Below, piece by piece: positions 61,701-64,000 of a stretch of 64,000 nt of DNA. A program made the position numbers and the translations under genes. How positions within the stretch are numbered: the stretch's first letter is position 1; the number at the start of each line of letters is the position of its first letter. Below the pieces are notes generated by a model. It searched no databases, was not told the origin of the DNA, and saw nothing but the letters and a program-made list of their open reading frames with translations. The stretch is from Anthoceros angustus (Eukaryota > Plantae > Anthocerotophyta), in the NCBI GenBank assembly GCA_010909165.1, contig VJWM01000063.1:186001-250000 (forward strand), in the 5' to 3' direction.

Positions 61701-64000
61701 CCGTCGCGGAGGCCGTTCCCTTCTCCACATCAGGAGAACTTCCTTGGGTAATCCCTCCGGCGGGCTGCCGTCAGCCCTCCTTCATCGGGGATCCTCTGCT
61801 GGTATTTGGTTTGATTGCCTTCCTCGGCGTGGTGGCCTTCCTCGATCTTGTTCTTCTTCAATGGCGCCTTTCTCGTCGCTCCTTCCTTGACTCTGAGTAG
61901 ACACCTCAAGATTTCACGCCCGACTCCTTCCTTCGACCCCACCGTACCTTCTTGTTCTTTTCCATCTACCTCGGGAATCTCTCTTACTCCATGGAGCATC
62001 TTGACTTGCCGTCTGTACGGTCTTAGGAGGTGGCGTTGGTGGTCGGGGTTCTCCGCTTGGTGTGGCATATCGTACCGTCCTTGTGCGGGGTTGGGACATA
62101 GCGTCTTTGTCATATGCCTTGCGATCGCCACACGCTCGAAGTCCCCATTACCACCTCGTTGAGTGCGGACAGCGTTGGAGTAATGGCGATTCCGCATTCC
62201 AACGGACCACGGCCGTCGGAGGATACGAAGGGCTCCCATGCGGTCTTTGCATCGGTGGGGCTCGTTGTATTACGGACCTCGGTTGGCGGATACATGGTTT
62301 TGGGATATCGCGGCCCGGAGGGCTTCACACGATAGGCCTCTTCCCATTGCTCCTCGGCCTCCTCCTCGTATTCGTAGTCCACTTGATGCGGCCTTGAGGC
62401 GGTTGGACTTCGAATGGCGTGTTGGCACCACGGCACACGAGATCGTTCGCACCGTGGTCGGTGTTTTCCGCGCTCTCGGTCCTTAACAGTTTATCGCGGT
62501 CCTCTACTCTCTTTATCACTTTTCCGTCCTCCGGACTGCTACCTCCTTTGAGTCGGGTCGGGAGCTTCTCGGAGGTCTTTGGTGTCACCACCTCCTTCTT
62601 ACCACCTTCTTTTTGGCGGGGCCTTCTTGCTCTTCTTCTTGCGGGATACTCTTCCTCGCTAGAGACCTCCGTCTCTTCTTGGACTGCTCCTCCTCCGAAG
62701 ACACCTCATTGGTCTTCCTCCTCCTCGAAGACTCTTCCTCCTCAGTCCCGAACCCCGTTTCTTCTTCTTCTTCTTGCCTCCTTGGCGGTTCTTTATCCTC
62801 GATGTAGCGATTCCTCGTAGTTTTCGGCCGCTCGACCGCCTTGCCACGTCCTTCTCGGCGGCGGCGGGGCGTGCACAGTATGGGTTTGGCTAGGCCGACG
62901 CGAACCACCGTCGCTTGCATCGTGGTATGGGTTGGATGCGATCCCTCGGGGCATAGAACGCTCGATGTCTGAGCCGGCTTCTCCTTCTTCCCTCGCAGTT
63001 TTCCAACTTTGATAATACATACCCCTCTGGTGATCCCTCGAAACCGTTCTAAGAAGGCATTTTCAAAGCTTCAAGCGAGGCGGGTGGGGCATTCTCCGGT
63101 GGTCGGTACTTTCTCCGATACCATTGAGCGGTTGTCCTCGGAGAACCCCTTGGAAAATTTGGATGTGCGCGTCGACTCCCTCTCCGTTGAAGTTGGCTTT
63201 GGACATGAAGTCCTCCACAAAGGTCTCGCATCCCGCTCCTTCTTCCCTCCGAATATGGAGTCGCTTGTTTGGTCGGTAGGGGCCATGGCTGCGCCATCGA
63301 TTGGGTTAGGCGTGGGTTGTCCTACCTTCTTCCGTTGGCGTCCCTTGTACCCGTACTCGTCTTGGTGACAATTCGACCACGTTCTCCCTCCTCGATCGGC
63401 GGTGCTCTCTCGTTGGGTTTGGCGTCTCTCCCTCTCCACGGCTCAGCGAGAGTGACCACGTCCGATCCTGACAGTTCACTCTTGGCCGTCGCCCACGCAT
63501 TCACTTACCTTCTCTTCCTAAGGGCGCACTGCGGCACCAGACGATTTCATTCCCGAGCGCCAAAATGTGGCGCGACTTTTCGATGGCGGTAGGCGCGCAC
63601 AATCCGTGTCGTTGTAGGAAGAAGTCCGTTCCCAAAGGGAATGATAGGCCCGTTTGCGTTTGGTGATTCTTACCGTCCTTAGCGCTCGTTCGGTCTCAAC
63701 ACACACATACTCTAACTACTCTGGCGTTCACGTCGGGCCGGTATGGCCAAGCGTTTGAGACCCGTTGTCCGTATCGTTCACGTCCCTCACATCCATCCTT
63801 TCCTCTCTCCTCTCCGCTACACTCTTATCTTAGAAAAAAGGCGAGTTACAGGACCTCCTCGTCGTTCGGCCTCTCGTCCGGGCTCTACGCCCTCCGGAGT
63901 TCCTCCGGCTCACGTTCAGTCCGTTCGGCGCGGCTCGGCGAGCAGTCACCGATCACCCTTCCTGCACACACCACAGCGTTAAGTCGTCACGGGACCTTGA

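Larger units (their letters stand above)
46411..64000 (-). mobile_element. Ty3/Gypsy (non-chromovirus-like) element C: 3' LTR 46411 to about 47068; 5' LTR from 63566 off the window edge; PBS TGGCGCTCGGG at about 63550-63562; decayed gag, protease, RT, RNase H and integrase; approx. 4.5-kb 3' extra region
   Basis: 46411-46870 aligns with 63566-64000. Remnants: gag (GQPLNWYRK), protease (VLLDTG, about 61340), RT (FRDDILDKVVG), RNase H (ARWILL.QEF), and integrase (KWGIDFVGP, GTHFLND) split by Copia D. Confidence 0.85.

Overview
Eukaryotic nuclear DNA from a seed-free land plant. A hornwort fits best, judging by the DYW:KP-GRP editing factor, short introns and tight gene spacing (inference). The left half (1-33.1 kb) is gene-rich: ETO1-like (+), a decayed LRR gene, MTP6-like CDF transporter (-), PIG-B (-), divergent tRNA-Ala(AGC) and intron-containing tRNA-Tyr(GTA), an intronless PLS-class PPR gene (-), a CBS-CBS-PB1 gene (-) and VPS39 (+). 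The last two are head-to-head and separated by TE debris. The right half (33.4-64 kb) is a nested transposon pile: a Harbinger remnant, an RLE-type LINE end, Copia A containing young Copia B and Gypsy C, and Gypsy C in turn containing Copia D. The strongest leads are: (1) the PPR protein fuses an OSB-type 'PDF' ssDNA-binding motif to a PLS array and a U-to-C-type DYW:KP domain; (2) two diverged Copia elements carry the same unrecognised ORF between the PBS and gag; (3) a LINE/SINE-like family that generates tandem arrays occurs only next to tRNA loci; (4) there are CRE-like RLE retroelements. Many frameshifts, especially beyond 46 kb, may be sequencing indels. All domain calls come from motif recognition by eye; no searches were run.
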